A DNA stretch of 61,644 bases, filler included, from 7 parts of 7 records of this genome joined end to end with filler, not necessarily neighbours in it; one strand, 5' to 3'. Positions 40,450 to 52,580 are shown, numbered from the whole stretch's first letter. The notes: a model not told the origin generated them from the sequence alone. Numbers and translations: made by a program.

Positions 40450-43400
40450 ATGAAGCATTTTTACACCATTATATTGCTATTCATCTTATCCACTGGTTCA
40501 TCCTTTTCCCAGAATATGAACGATTGGATTAAATCAGATCAGTTTTATTATAAAATTGGGGTGGTGGAAGATGGGATTATCCGCATTACAAATACACAAC
40601 TAATTAATGCCGGAGTTCCAACCAGTTCTTTTAGCCCGGAAAATGTACAGCTTTTCCACAAAGGGTTAGAAATTCCAATTCATATAAGCTCCACATCAGG
40701 TGTGATAAACTATATTGAGTTTTATGGTGAAAAAAATACCGGGTGGTTTGATATTGGGCTTTATACCAAACCATCTGCACAAACAAATCCCCATTTCAGC
40801 CAAATAAATGATACGGCGGCATATTTTTTCACCTGGAACAACCAAACCAATAATAAACGGTATAATGAGTCTGCGTTTAATGCGACAGGTCAAAATACAA
40901 CCTATGGAATCAGTAAAGCATTAGTTCAATATACAAATGCATTTCAAATTGGAGAAACGTTCCCGGAATATAACGAAACCAAAGGATGGTTTGGTTCAGA
41001 AATTGGCTTAGGACAAACACAAAACAAAAGCTTCTCATTACCTGCTTTTTTTGACAATAACAGTGAAATCATCATCGAAACAGCTGTCATTAGTTACAAT
41101 GATGCTGCTGCCATTGGTGCCAATCATCACCTCAGAATAACGCTTCCGGATGCATCTACTTTCGATACTATTTTTTATGGAAAGAAGGCCATAAAAAAGT
41201 CTTTTAATGTGAGCACTTCTGCTCTAAGTGAAACAAATACCATCAGCTATTCAAGCATCGATGATCTCGGCACAAGCGTTGATAAACAGGCTGTCTCTTT
41301 TATTTATGCAGAATATCCGGCATCTTTCAATATTCCCGCAAATGAACAACAAGCATTTTTTGTGGAAAAAAGCACTGAAAATCAGGTGTTAACCATATCA
41401 GGGCTTTCAGAAAATAATACTCCGGTAATACTGGATACAGCGAACCACTTAAACCTGTTACCTTCATATAATGGAACAAACTGGCAAATTTCATTACCTG
41501 CTTCTGAAAAAGACCACTTTATCATCATTCAACATGGAACAATCAGTGCAGGCTATATAAAGTTTACAAATACTTCACTACCCGAAAATTTAACTGGTGA
41601 TTATCTCATTATAACGCATCCGAATTTTTTTAGTGGTGCCAACAGTTATGCGATATACAGAAATGCTAATGTGGTGTCCATTGATGTGTTGTACAACCAT
41701 TTTGCATATGGTATTAATAAACATCCTCTTGCTATACGCAATTTCTTCAAATACCTCAATGCTACCAATGGCGTTTTACCGGAATACGTTTTACTTTTGG
41801 GAAAAAGTATCCAAATAGACAAGTCAAGAAATGATCAAACTTATTTTGAAAGAAACCGCGTGCCTTCTATAGGTTATCCACCTTCAGATAATTTATTGGC
41901 TGCTAAAATAACTTCAAATAATCATTTCCCGGAGATAAACCTTTCAAGATTATCCGTAGAATCAAATGAGCAAATCAATCAATATTTATCAAAGGTACAG
42001 GAATTTGAAAATCAACCTGCAGCAGAGTGGATGAAACAGTTTATACACTTTGGAGGAGGATACAATGAATCGGAACAAACTTTGTTCAGGGCATATATCG
42101 AAAACTATCGTTCCATTATTGAAGATACATTAATGGGTGCCAAGGTTTCAACCTTTCTAAAAAACAGCTCCGATCCGATTCAAATTACATCATCAGATAG
42201 CATTAAGTCATTGATCAACAATGGGACTTCTATGCTTACTTTTTTTGGACATGGTTACACCGGTGGATTTGACCAGGATATTGATGAACCTGAATCTTAC
42301 AATAATCAGGGAAAATACCCATTAATGCTGGCCAACAGCTGTTATTCCGGGAATATTCATACAACAAATACAACAAGTGCCAGTGAAAGCTGGGTTCTAA
42401 TTCCTAATAAAGGTGCTATTGCATTCCTGGCCTCAGTGTCAGAAGGTTTTCCAAGTTTATTAAATAAGTTTTCGCAAGAATTATATAAAAATCTGGCTTA
42501 TAAAAATTACGGCTCAACCATTGGCGAAATTGTAAAAAATGCTGCCATCTATCATTTGGGCGTAGCATCATCAAATTTGGATAGTGCTACAGCGTTAGAT
42601 TTTACCCTGCACGGAGATCCTGCTATTGTGCTCAATCAATTTAATAATCCTGACGCTTTACTAAAAAATGAATTGATTTCAATATCACCCAGAGAGGTTA
42701 CTACTGCTATTGATTCATTTGCCATCAATATTGTGGTTAGAAATATTGGAAAATCCATCAATTCTGAAATATCTTATCAAGTTGAGCAGTTTTTCCCAAA
42801 TGGTGAAGACACCGTATTCTATAAAACCCGGGAGAAATTAAACTTTCAGGATAGTATTACGATATGGGTTCCTATTAATCGCCAAATAGGAGCCGGATTA
42901 AATACCTTTGTTATTACTGCAGATTACCTTAACCAACACAATGAGTTAAGTGAGCTTAACAATAGCGTAACCATTCCAATTAACATTAAATCATCCAGTG
43001 TAATTCCTGTTTTTCCATATCCATTTGGTATCAATAATAAAGATACCATTATCCTCAGGGCATCCTCTGGCGATCCATTCATTAGTGAGGTTTATACGAG
43101 GATCCAAATCGACACCATTCCCACATTTAGTTCTTCCTTTAAGCAGGAAATAGAGCAATTTTTCCCAGGTGGTGTTATTGAATGGAACACAAATATTATT
43201 GCACAAGAAGACCAAACTTTTTACTGGCGTATTGGAACTAAAAATGAAGATAATGAATGGGAATATCAGAATCGGTCATTTACACAAAAAACAAGCGATA
43301 AGGGTTGGATTCAAAGTGACTTTGAACAGATAGCTGAAAATAATCTGCAATTCATTGAAGTCGGTAATAATAGTTTGGAATTTATCACTGCTGCCAAGCA

Positions 43401-45303
43401 ATTGGTTTGTCAAAATGTGGGCTTTGGCTCACCTATTCAACATAGCTATAATGATGTTTACTATTCTCTATTAGGTAATCGAACAACAGCTGCCTGTGGA
43501 ACAGATTCAGCCTTTGTTGTTGTAGTTTTTGATTCGCTTAATTTCCAGGCATGGCAAACAAATCGGGGAGATTATGGGCAAATAAACTATCCGCAATGTC
43601 CTTCTTTTAGTTACCCTCACTTCCTTTTTGTTTTTTCCACAGAATCAAGTAATTCTCTTGACGATATGATCGACTTCATCGAACAAGAGGTTCCTTACGG
43701 TCATTATATATTGAGCTATTCTTATGTGGATGGTCGTTTTGAATCATGGGAAAACCGACATTTCGAAGCATTTGAAAACCTAGGGGCTTCCATTATACGA
43801 GGAGTGCCTAACCTTTACCCTTATATTTTCTTCACCCAAAAAGGATTCCCCGAAAAAACACAAGAAGTTGTAGGAAGCAATACTTTTGATATTATTAATC
43901 TTACTGTTAACTTAAAAGATAATTTTGATTATGGCTCCATTTCCACTGATTGGATAGGGCCGTCAAAGTCCTGGGATATCCTTTCATGGTCATTCAATAA
44001 TCAAATAATACAGCCGGAAGATAGCGTTCATCTCAATTTATATGGTAAAGGGCCAAATATTGATAATGAATTATTAAGCGGACAAGTAAATATCCAGAAC
44101 TCTCCGCTTGACCTATCTGCAATTAATTCAGCAACTTACCCATATTTAAGGGTTGAAATATTTACACAGGACAAAGTCAACAAAACACCTGCTTACCCTG
44201 ATGAAATTTATTTGAATTATGAGCCCAAAAGTGATGTTGCTATTTCTCCAGGTGATTTTTATGATTTTCCGAAAGACAGCCTTCAAGAAGGAGATGAAAT
44301 CTCTCTCCAATTGGCCTTTAAAAACACATCTGATATTTTATCTGATTCAATAGATTTAAACTATCGAATTACAGATCTGGGTAATCGAACTATACTTTCA
44401 AATATTTCAAAAATCAGCCCTCTAAATGAGTTTCAATTTATTACAGATAGTATTTCATTCTCAACGGAAGGCCTATCCGGTTATCATAATTTATGGATTG
44501 AATTCGGGCAAAATGCTACAGAAGATTTCTACACATTTAACAATCTTGGAAACCTACCATTTTATGTGTATGGTGACCAAACGAACCCGCTGCTAGACGT
44601 TACTTTTGATGGAAGACACATATTGAATGGTGAAATTGTAAGCTCTGAACCTATTATAAAAATATCATTGAAAGATGAAAATCCATATTTGTCGCTAAAT
44701 GACACATCATTATTTGCTATTTATTTATCAAAAATTGGTTCGGAAGTGGAGCAAAGGGTATACATAACACCGGGAATTGAAAATGGTACTATTATCTGGG
44801 AACCCGCTGAAGAAGAAAAAGAAGCATCAATAACATATATGCCGCAATTCTCTGAAGATGGAATATATCAACTACGAGTACAAGCTAGAGATGCATCAAA
44901 TAATTTAAGCGGTCAAAATGATTATAAAATAGAATTTGAGATCATTAATGAAAGTACAATCACCAATATATTTAACTATCCAAATCCTTTTAGCACAAAA
45001 ACGCGTTTTGCATTTACGTTAACGGGTAATCAAATACCTGATGACTTTAGAATAGATATCTACACTATATCCGGTAAAAAGGTCAAATCGATTGACCAGT
45101 CAGAGCTTGGTCCTATTTATATCGGAAGAAACATTACAGAGTATTACTGGGATGGTAGAGACGATTTTGGAGATCAGCTTGCCAATGGTGTTTATATATA
45201 CAAAGTTACGGTTAAAATGAATGGTGAGAACATAAAAATGAGAAGCACCTCGGCAGACAAATTCTTCAATAAGGGTTGGGGAAAGATGTATCTGATGCGT
45301 TAG
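40450..45303 (+). CDS. C25 (gingipain/PorU-like) cysteine peptidase, probably type IX secretion associated
   Basis: Signal peptide; DYLIITH, FFGHG and ANSCYSG catalytic His/Cys, LHGDP; C-terminal NYPNPFS...WDGRD..GVYIY. Confidence 0.88.
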   Translation: MKHFYTIILLFILSTGSSFSQNMNDWIKSDQFYYKIGVVEDGIIRITNTQLINAGVPTSSFSPENVQLFHKGLEIPIHISSTSGVINYIEFYGEKNTGWFDIGLYTKPSAQTNPHFSQINDTAAYFFTWNNQTNNKRYNESAFNATGQNTTYGISKALVQYTNAFQIGETFPEYNETKGWFGSEIGLGQTQNKSFSLPAFFDNNSEIIIETAVISYNDAAAIGANHHLRITLPDASTFDTIFYGKKAIKKSFNVSTSALSETNTISYSSIDDLGTSVDKQAVSFIYAEYPASFNIPANEQQAFFVEKSTENQVLTISGLSENNTPVILDTANHLNLLPSYNGTNWQISLPASEKDHFIIIQHGTISAGYIKFTNTSLPENLTGDYLIITHPNFFSGANSYAIYRNANVVSIDVLYNHFAYGINKHPLAIRNFFKYLNATNGVLPEYVLLLGKSIQIDKSRNDQTYFERNRVPSIGYPPSDNLLAAKITSNNHFPEINLSRLSVESNEQINQYLSKVQEFENQPAAEWMKQFIHFGGGYNESEQTLFRAYIENYRSIIEDTLMGAKVSTFLKNSSDPIQITSSDSIKSLINNGTSMLTFFGHGYTGGFDQDIDEPESYNNQGKYPLMLANSCYSGNIHTTNTTSASESWVLIPNKGAIAFLASVSEGFPSLLNKFSQELYKNLAYKNYGSTIGEIVKNAAIYHLGVASSNLDSATALDFTLHGDPAIVLNQFNNPDALLKNELISISPREVTTAIDSFAINIVVRNIGKSINSEISYQVEQFFPNGEDTVFYKTREKLNFQDSITIWVPINRQIGAGLNTFVITADYLNQHNELSELNNSVTIPINIKSSSVIPVFPYPFGINNKDTIILRASSGDPFISEVYTRIQIDTIPTFSSSFKQEIEQFFPGGVIEWNTNIIAQEDQTFYWRIGTKNEDNEWEYQNRSFTQKTSDKGWIQSDFEQIAENNLQFIEVGNNSLEFITAAKQLVCQNVGFGSPIQHSYNDVYYSLLGNRTTAACGTDSAFVVVVFDSLNFQAWQTNRGDYGQINYPQCPSFSYPHFLFVFSTESSNSLDDMIDFIEQEVPYGHYILSYSYVDGRFESWENRHFEAFENLGASIIRGVPNLYPYIFFTQKGFPEKTQEVVGSNTFDIINLTVNLKDNFDYGSISTDWIGPSKSWDILSWSFNNQIIQPEDSVHLNLYGKGPNIDNELLSGQVNIQNSPLDLSAINSATYPYLRVEIFTQDKVNKTPAYPDEIYLNYEPKSDVAISPGDFYDFPKDSLQEGDEISLQLAFKNTSDILSDSIDLNYRITDLGNRTILSNISKISPLNEFQFITDSISFSTEGLSGYHNLWIEFGQNATEDFYTFNNLGNLPFYVYGDQTNPLLDVTFDGRHILNGEIVSSEPIIKISLKDENPYLSLNDTSLFAIYLSKIGSEVEQRVYITPGIENGTIIWEPAEEEKEASITYMPQFSEDGIYQLRVQARDASNNLSGQNDYKIEFEIINESTITNIFNYPNPFSTKTRFAFTLTGNQIPDDFRIDIYTISGKKVKSIDQSELGPIYIGRNITEYYWDGRDDFGDQLANGVYIYKVTVKMNGENIKMRSTSADKFFNKGWGKMYLMR

Positions 45304-45471
45304 TTATAAACCATTAAGGGATTAAGATTAGTTAAGAACGGTAATTTGCACCTACATAAATAAAAAATAACATCATAAAAAAGTCCGCAGGGCTGAGATA
45401 TTGGCAGATACAAATCACACCGAAATAGTAAATGCACTGCTGCTACAACAAACAATGGTAATAAGGTTTCT

Positions 45472-45505
45472 TCTTTGCGTTCTTTGCGGTTCCTCTGCGA
45501 TCTTT
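45472..45505 (+). repeat. Short degenerate tandem repeat at the contig end
   Basis: TCTTTGCGT TCTTTGCGGT TCCTCTGCGA TCTTT. Confidence 0.55.
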
Positions 45506-45605
45506 NNNNNNNNNNNNNNNNNNNNNNNNNNNNNNNNNNNNNNNNNNNNTTAATTAATTAANNNNNNNNNNNNNNNNNNNNNNNNNNNNNNNNNNNNNNN
45601 NNNNN
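45506..45605. other. Artificial contig spacer
   Basis: N44-TTAATTAATTAA-N44. Confidence 0.99.
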
Positions 45606-45606
45606 C

Positions 45607-46383
45607 CGTGAGGCCATTCTGGCAAAATTGAAAAAGAACATCACCAAAGAAAACATCACTAAAGAAATTGCCTACTTTGATGATGAACACAATAAAACCT
45701 ACGAACGTACATATGGCTGGGCCTGGCTCTTAAAACTGGATGAAGCTTTACGCGAATGGGAAGCACCTGAAGCAAAAGAATTACAAGCCAACTTAAATCC
45801 ATTGGTAGAGTTGATTGCCGGTAAATTTTCTGCATTTCTTGACAAACTGGTTTATCCAATCAGAATTGGTGAACACAGCAATATCGCATTTGGGATTTCA
45901 TTTGCATATGACTGGGCAGAAAAATATGATCCTGTTTTAGCTGATAAGATTGAAGACAAGGCACGTGAATACTATATGAATGACTGCAACTGCCCATTAA
46001 CCTGGGAACCCGGTGGTTTCGATTTTCTTTCCCCTTGTTTACAGGAAGTGTCTATTATGCAAAAAGTACTGGAAGAAAAGGAGTTTCGTAAGTGGTTGAA
46101 AAATTTCTTGCCAAAATTCGAAAAAAATCCGGAGAAATTTATGGAAGTGGCTGTCGTTTCAGATCGAACAGATGGTAAGCTGGCCCACCTTGATGGTTTA
46201 AACTTCAGCCGAGCATGGTGTTTATATGAAATCGGGCATACTCTTAAAAACCAACAGTTAATAGACTTTGGAGACAAACATTTTAACTATAGTTACGAAA
46301 AAATGGATTCAGGTGAATATGCCGGAGCACACTGGCTGGCCTCCTTTGCGACTTATGCACTTATTAAAAGTAATATGGACTAA
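45607..46383 (+). CDS. DUF2891-like protein (5' truncated)
   Basis: YERTYGWAWLLKL, YPIRIGEHSN, WEPGGFDFLSP, AHLDGLNFSRAW, YAGAHWLASFA. Confidence 0.8.
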   Translation, partial: REAILAKLKKNITKENITKEIAYFDDEHNKTYERTYGWAWLLKLDEALREWEAPEAKELQANLNPLVELIAGKFSAFLDKLVYPIRIGEHSNIAFGISFAYDWAEKYDPVLADKIEDKAREYYMNDCNCPLTWEPGGFDFLSPCLQEVSIMQKVLEEKEFRKWLKNFLPKFEKNPEKFMEVAVVSDRTDGKLAHLDGLNFSRAWCLYEIGHTLKNQQLIDFGDKHFNYSYEKMDSGEYAGAHWLASFATYALIKSNMD

Positions 46384-46389
46384 GGATAA

Positions 46390-47994
46390 ATGAAGTACTT
46401 GTTTTTGTTGTTTATTGGATTTTTAACCTCGTTTGCGGTTTGGTCTCAGAATCATCACCATCGCTTTCAAAGTATTGATGTGCAACATTATAAGTTTGAA
46501 ATTCATTTGAATGATTCAACCGATAGAATTGAAGGTTCTGCAAGGATTGCCATAAAAATACTTCAAGCGACCGAAAACATTTTACTCGATTTTATTACCG
46601 TGAATGATAAAAACAAGGGAATGTTGGTTCAAACTGTTAAAGTAAATGGTCATAAAAATGCTTTTATCCATTCTAACAACTCACTCCGTATTCCTTTTAG
46701 CACACCTTTAAAAGTTGGAAAAACAATTGATCTTCAGATTAGCTATTCCGGAATTCCTGTTGATGGATTGATAATTTCAGAAAACAACCACGGTCAACGC
46801 ACCTTTTTTGGAGATAACTGGCCGGATCGTGCCAAACACTGGCTGCCAACCGTCGATCACCCTTCGGATAAAGCTACCCTGGAATTTCTGGTATATGCAC
46901 CTAAACACTATGAAGTAGTTGCTAACGGCTATTTGATTGAGAAAAAGGTTCTTCCCGAAAACATAGAATTTACGCATTGGAAAGAAGATGTTCCTGTTTC
47001 TACAAAACTAATGGTTATTGGAACTGCTGATTTCTCGGTTGGAAATAAAACAACTTACAATGAAATACCTGTAAGTTCCTGGATATTTCAACAGGACAGT
47101 TTAAAAGGCTTTAAAAATTACAGATACGGCACAAAAGCACTGGAATATTTCTCAAATTTAATTGGTCCCTACCCTTACGAAAAGCTGGCACATGTGCAAT
47201 CAAAAACACGGTATGGAGGCATGGAAAATGCCAGCTGTATTTTTTACCATGAAAGAACAGCCACCAGCGACCGAAGCCAGGAAAATTTATTTGCACACGA
47301 GGTGGCCCATCAGTGGTTTGGCAATTCTGTTACCGAGCAAAACTGGCATCATGTGTGGCTCAGCGAGGGTTTTGCTACTTATTTAACGCACGTTTACAAT
47401 CAGTATTTTTATGGCGAAAAGGTGTTTCAGGAAGGTTTAAAACAAGACCGGAAACGTGTTATTCAGTACTCAAAAAAACATTTGTCACCAATTATCGACA
47501 CAACAGTTACCGATTATATTCAACTTCTTAATCCCAACTCATACCAAAAAGCAAGTTGGTTTTTGCATATGCTTCGACATAATTTAGGAGATGAGACCTT
47601 TTTTAAAGGTCTTCAGAAATATTATTCCGACTTCAATAATTCAACTGCACTAACAACTGATTTTCTTACCGTAATGAGTGAAGTTTCGAATAAGCATCTG
47701 GATGATTTTTTTGATCAGTGGCTTTGGCAAGATGGGCATCCATTGTTGAACCTAAACTGGAAACAAAATAAGAATGAGCTTGTGATTTCGCTAAAACAGG
47801 TGCAAAAACAAAATACATTTAGTTTCCAGCTGGAAGCAAAAATTCTGTACAAGGACAATTCGTACGAATTGGTTGTTTTAAATGTGAATGCTTTACAAAC
47901 AAATTTCCGTTTTAATATTCCAAAAGAAATTGAAAAAGTGATTTTTGATCCGGAAACCAATCTTTTGTTTGAGCAGGTAAATCCGGAACCTTAA
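46390..47994 (+). CDS. Secreted M1-family aminopeptidase
   Basis: Signal peptide; GGMEN and HEVAH-x18-E (WLSEGFA) motifs. Confidence 0.95.
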   Translation: MKYLFLLFIGFLTSFAVWSQNHHHRFQSIDVQHYKFEIHLNDSTDRIEGSARIAIKILQATENILLDFITVNDKNKGMLVQTVKVNGHKNAFIHSNNSLRIPFSTPLKVGKTIDLQISYSGIPVDGLIISENNHGQRTFFGDNWPDRAKHWLPTVDHPSDKATLEFLVYAPKHYEVVANGYLIEKKVLPENIEFTHWKEDVPVSTKLMVIGTADFSVGNKTTYNEIPVSSWIFQQDSLKGFKNYRYGTKALEYFSNLIGPYPYEKLAHVQSKTRYGGMENASCIFYHERTATSDRSQENLFAHEVAHQWFGNSVTEQNWHHVWLSEGFATYLTHVYNQYFYGEKVFQEGLKQDRKRVIQYSKKHLSPIIDTTVTDYIQLLNPNSYQKASWFLHMLRHNLGDETFFKGLQKYYSDFNNSTALTTDFLTVMSEVSNKHLDDFFDQWLWQDGHPLLNLNWKQNKNELVISLKQVQKQNTFSFQLEAKILYKDNSYELVVLNVNALQTNFRFNIPKEIEKVIFDPETNLLFEQVNPEP

Positions 47995-48689
47995 TAACCG
48001 ATAAGGTTGCTGGATAATGTTTTAGCATCAAACAGAAATAATTTATTTGCAATTACACCATTCAAACCTAAAATAATTTTTATGGTTTCGTTGGCCTGGA
48101 TGGTGCCAATAGTGCCAGGTAAAACGCCAAGAACACCGAATCTGGATGGATCACATTCATCGGTTTCCGGCGATTCAGGGAAAAGATCGCAGTAAGATTT
48201 GCTTCCATTAAAATTAAAAACGGAAACCTGACCCGTGAATTTTGAAATGGAACCATATACCATTGGAATTCCTAGTTCTTGTGAAGCGGAATCAATAACA
48301 TAGCGACTTGCATAATTATCGGTACAATCTACAATTACATCGTAACCTTTGGCCAGAGTAAGTGCATTTTGGTTAATAAATTTTGTTTTCCAGGTGTTTA
48401 CTACCAGGTTTGGATTATTGTTACAAAGTGTAGCTTTTGCCATTTCAACTTTCGGTTGATTTACTTCCGAAGTTTTATAAAGTATCTGTCGTTGCAGATT
48501 ACTTAAACTTACCACATCATCGTCGACAATACCTATTTCTCCAACACCAGCTGCAGCCAGGTATATAAGAACCGGTGAGCCAAGGCCACCTGCCCCCACA
48601 ACCAGTACTTTGGCATCATTCAATTTTTGTTGTCCTTCAATCCCAATTTCGGGTAGAATTATATGCCTGTTATACCTTTCTATATCCAT
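47991..48689 (-). CDS. thiF: ThiS adenylyltransferase (ThiF/MoeB family)
   Basis: RYNRHI, GAGGLGS, SNLQRQ, DCTDN; last gene of the thi operon. Confidence 0.9.
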   Translation of the reverse strand: MDIERYNRHIILPEIGIEGQQKLNDAKVLVVGAGGLGSPVLIYLAAAGVGEIGIVDDDVVSLSNLQRQILYKTSEVNQPKVEMAKATLCNNNPNLVVNTWKTKFINQNALTLAKGYDVIVDCTDNYASRYVIDSASQELGIPMVYGSISKFTGQVSVFNFNGSKSYCDLFPESPETDECDPSRFGVLGVLPGTIGTIQANETIKIILGLNGVIANKLFLFDAKTLSSNLIGY

Positions 48690-48693
48690 TATG

Positions 48694-49809
48694 TTATTGT
48701 TGCAGACTAAAATCCCAATCTTTCCAAACAGCCTCATACCCTTGTGTCCGAATCATTTTAGCAACTTCAGCAGCAGTTCTGCTGTCGTTTACCGAGAACT
48801 GTTCCAACTCCTCATTTACCTCCGGATGTGCATAACCTCCCGGTTCGGTTCGCGATTCGGCGCTCATTGTAGTTACCCCAAGCTTTAACATGTTATTGCG
48901 ATAAGTAGCACTTTCTCGGGTTGATAAAGCAATCTCTACATTTTCATCCATCATTCGGTAGGCAAAAATTAGCTGAGCTAACTGTTTGTCTGTCATTACA
49001 AAATTGGGTTGAAATACCCCGGCATGTGGTCGTAATCTTGGAAATGAGATTGAATATTTGGTTTTCCAGTATTTCTTTTTCAAGTATTCAAGGTGTAAAG
49101 CGGTATAAAAACTGTCGGTACGCCAGTCTTCCAGTCCGGCAAGAATACCTAAACCAATTTTGTGCACCCCTGCTTTTCCCAGCCTATCGTAGGCATCTAT
49201 CCGGTTCTCAAAACTGGCTTTCTTACCTTTTAAATGGTAGGTGGGATACCGATTTTGATTGTAGGTTTCCTGATAGAGGTATACGGCATTCAGACCATAA
49301 TGAATTAAATAAGCATATTCCTCTTCTTTTAGTGGCTGTACCTCAATCGAAATTAACGAAACGTGCTGTTTTATAATCTCAAAAGCCTTTTTCAGGTATT
49401 CCACTCCAGCCTTCTTCTCTGCCTCTCCGGTAACCAGCAAAATATGCTCAAATCCCAGCTTTTTAATTGCCAACACTTCTTCTTCTATCTCGCTATACGA
49501 AAGCACCTTGCGCTTAATCGAATTATGCGCTCCAAATCCGCAATACACACAGCTGTTTTCGCAAAAATTAGAAAGATACAGCGGCACATATAACTGCATG
49601 ATTTTACCAAACCTCCTTTGTGTCAGGCGGTGGCTTTCCTGTGCCATTTCTTCAATAAAACTTTCGGCAGCCGGAGAAACAAGTGCCATAAACTCATTCA
49701 AACCGCGATCCCTGGTTTGAAAAGCACTCAGCACATCATTTTTTGTTTTGCTGTAAATCTGCTCCGTAATACTTTTCCAGTCGTGTTGTTGTAAAATATC
49801 AATAAACAT
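48694..49809 (-). CDS. thiH: 2-iminoacetate synthase (radical SAM)
   Basis: CENSCVYC, YQETY, SFPRLRP, LSTRE. Confidence 0.95.
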   Translation of the reverse strand: MFIDILQQHDWKSITEQIYSKTKNDVLSAFQTRDRGLNEFMALVSPAAESFIEEMAQESHRLTQRRFGKIMQLYVPLYLSNFCENSCVYCGFGAHNSIKRKVLSYSEIEEEVLAIKKLGFEHILLVTGEAEKKAGVEYLKKAFEIIKQHVSLISIEVQPLKEEEYAYLIHYGLNAVYLYQETYNQNRYPTYHLKGKKASFENRIDAYDRLGKAGVHKIGLGILAGLEDWRTDSFYTALHLEYLKKKYWKTKYSISFPRLRPHAGVFQPNFVMTDKQLAQLIFAYRMMDENVEIALSTRESATYRNNMLKLGVTTMSAESRTEPGGYAHPEVNEELEQFSVNDSRTAAEVAKMIRTQGYEAVWKDWDFSLQQ

Positions 49810-49824
49810 ATTGCCTGTTCAACG

Positions 49825-50592
49825 CTAAGTTAAAAAAGAAGTTAGTGGGCTGCTGGCATTTGCTTCGGTAGTTTTTTGTGCCAATTTTGCTTCGTAGGCC
49901 ATACATCCGGCCTGTACTGCCAGTTTGAAAGCCATACCCATTTCAATCGGATTTGGAGAGACAGCAATGGCGGTATTTACCAAAACAGCATCGGCACCCA
50001 TTTCCATTGCTTCAGCCGCATGCGATGGTGCACCAATACCGGCATCAACCACAACTGGCACACTGCTTTGTTCGATAATAATTCGAATCATATCACGGGT
50101 ATTTAGCCCATTGTTACTGCCAATTGGCGACCCCAACGGCATAACTGTTGCCGTTCCAACTTCCTCTAATTTTTTACACAATACCGGATCCGCCTGAACG
50201 TATGGCAATACTATAAATCCTTTTTTAACCAGCTCCTCAGCGGCTTTTAATGTCTCCTCCCCATCGGGCAATAAGTACCTTGGATCTGGATGAATTTCTA
50301 GTTTAAGCCAATTGGTTCCCAGTGCTTCGCGCGCCAGTTCGGCTGCAAATACAGCTTCTTTGGCATTTCTTACCCCAGAGGTATTGGGCAATAATTTAAA
50401 ACCTGCTTCACGCAAGTAAGGCAAAATATTGTCTTTTTCCTGCTGTAAGTCAACACGTCGTAAAGCCATTGTTACAAGCTCCGTTTCAGAAGCTACAAGG
50501 GCGTCTCTCATTATCTCACCCGATGAAAATTTACCGGTACCGGTAAACAATCTCGAATCAAATAATGTATCTGCTATTTTTAATTTTTCCAT
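49825..50592 (-). CDS. thiG: Thiazole synthase
   Basis: [28 protein letters not shown]. Confidence 0.98.
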   Translation of the reverse strand: MEKLKIADTLFDSRLFTGTGKFSSGEIMRDALVASETELVTMALRRVDLQQEKDNILPYLREAGFKLLPNTSGVRNAKEAVFAAELAREALGTNWLKLEIHPDPRYLLPDGEETLKAAEELVKKGFIVLPYVQADPVLCKKLEEVGTATVMPLGSPIGSNNGLNTRDMIRIIIEQSSVPVVVDAGIGAPSHAAEAMEMGADAVLVNTAIAVSPNPIEMGMAFKLAVQAGCMAYEAKLAQKTTEANASSPLTSFLT

Positions 50593-51248
50593 TGTATAGG
50601 AATTTTATTTTCAAGTAATTCAACAAGCTCTTTGGCTTTTTCGGTAATACTTTTTGCTTCGCTCACCAGCGATGAAATGGCAATTCCGAAAATCCCCGTA
50701 TCCAGAATTGGCTGAATATCATTTTTCTGAATACCGCCAATTGCAATTACAGGTATGCCAATATCTTTTAATTGTAGCTCTGATATAATCTCTTTATACC
50801 CGGTTACTCCCAGAATGGGGCTTAAATTCTTTTTGGTTTCTGTAAACCGATAAGGGCCTAGTCCAACATAGTCAACTCCCAGTTCAACAAGTTTAATAAT
50901 ATCCTCAGCGGTATTGGCTGTACCACCAATTATTTTATGCTTTCCGAGTATCTTTCTTGCTTCGTTCGGTACCATGTCGTTTTTCCCCAAATGAACGCCG
51001 TCTGCATCCAACTCAAGTGCAACATCAACCATGTCGTTCATAATAAATACAACACCATGGCTTTTGCAAAATTCCGCAATCCTTTTCCCCTCTTCAATAA
51101 TAACCACCTTTGTTGTGTCTTTTGGGCGGTATTGAATCCATTTAATCCCACCTTCTACAACATTCTTTATTTGTTCAAAATGCGACACTTCTGATCTGTA
51201 GTTACTGATATATTGAAATCTGGATATTTGCATTCTATTTATTTTCAT
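50580..51248 (-). CDS. thiE: Thiamine-phosphate synthase (start may be 51233)
   Basis: [31 protein letters not shown]. Confidence 0.93.
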   Translation of the reverse strand: MKINRMQISRFQYISNYRSEVSHFEQIKNVVEGGIKWIQYRPKDTTKVVIIEEGKRIAEFCKSHGVVFIMNDMVDVALELDADGVHLGKNDMVPNEARKILGKHKIIGGTANTAEDIIKLVELGVDYVGLGPYRFTETKKNLSPILGVTGYKEIISELQLKDIGIPVIAIGGIQKNDIQPILDTGIFGIAISSLVSEAKSITEKAKELVELLENKIPIQWKN

Positions 51249-52580
51249 TGTAATGATAACCCAATAAGCCAGAGTTCGATTGAATTACACCTCGGGTATA
51301 TTCTTTGGCTTTTAAAACGGATTCAGATAGCGACATTCCGATTGCCAAACCAGCTGTAATAGCGGAAGATAAAATACAACCGGTACCATGTTTGGTATTA
51401 TTTTCTATTCTTTGACCATCAAAATTGGTGATCGTATTATTTTCGATGAGAATGTCGGTTACTTTATTGGTATCAGAATGACCTCCCTTTAAGAGAATGG
51501 CGCACTCACCAAACTCTTTCAATTGTCCCTGAAGCTTATTCGGATTGCTGGTGCCCCATAGTTTTTCACATTCAGGAATATTGGGCGTAACCAAATACAT
51601 TAATTTTAATATTGAGTTTAGTTTCTCCTTGTTAATTGCAGCATGAAACTCAAATCCGCTTGAAGCACTTAAAACCGGATCCCAGATGATTTTAATCTTA
51701 GGATTCATATTTTTTAATTCCGCTATGATCTTCTTAAGCACATCAAGATCTTTGATTAACCCAATCTTTACAAACTGCGGTTTATGTTTCTGAAAAAGAA
51801 CATTTATCTGCTTTTTAATTTGCTCATAATCCAGCCAGTCTAAACCTATAAATTCACTTTCGTTTTGATAAGTGATGGAAGTTGTAACAGCCAGACCTTG
51901 CGTTTTATTCAGCTCAAAGGTTTTTATATCGGCCGAAACTCCGGCACCACACGATGGGTCAAATCCGGCAATAGTTAAAATATATGGTCTTTCAGAATTA
52001 TCAGCTAATAGCGCTGTAAAACTTTCCAGGTAATCCTGTTCCTGCCAAATGGCACCAAGAACAGCAACACCCTTAAAACCAATACTTAAGGCCTCCTGTT
52101 TATTGCTTTTAGTTATGCCACCAAGGGCAACAAGCTGAAGATCAGAATTGTTTTGTAAAAATTCGTGTATATCCGCAGTGTTAAATTCTGATTTGTAATC
52201 CGATTTTGAAACAGAGTCAAAAACCGGACTCAGAAAAAAGTGGGTGTACTCTCCTTTTAAAGCAACTACTTCGTTAAATGAATGCGCAGAATAGCCATAA
52301 TACGAACACGATCCTTTAAACTGACGTCCTTCTTCAATTCGGGTTTTACCAACCTGGATTCCTTTTAAATTAAACTCTTTTACCAGGTAATAATGTGAAT
52401 GTAATACAATAAACCGGTGATATTCCTGAGGAATAGAAGTTAGATAACTGATCATATCAAAATCATTAAAGTCGGGTTTGCGAATATGAAATTGCTGCAA
52501 ACCTGCTTTAAACAAAGAAACAACCTTCGCGATTTCAGAAGGTACTCTTTGCGGTGATGATATGACAATTACCTGATCCA

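Noticed and set aside
47991-48689. ThiF lacking the Zn-binding CxxC pairs as a pseudogene
   Set aside because: The frame and ATP-binding motifs are intact; to my knowledge loss of these cysteines is common in Bacteroidota ThiF/MoeB proteins
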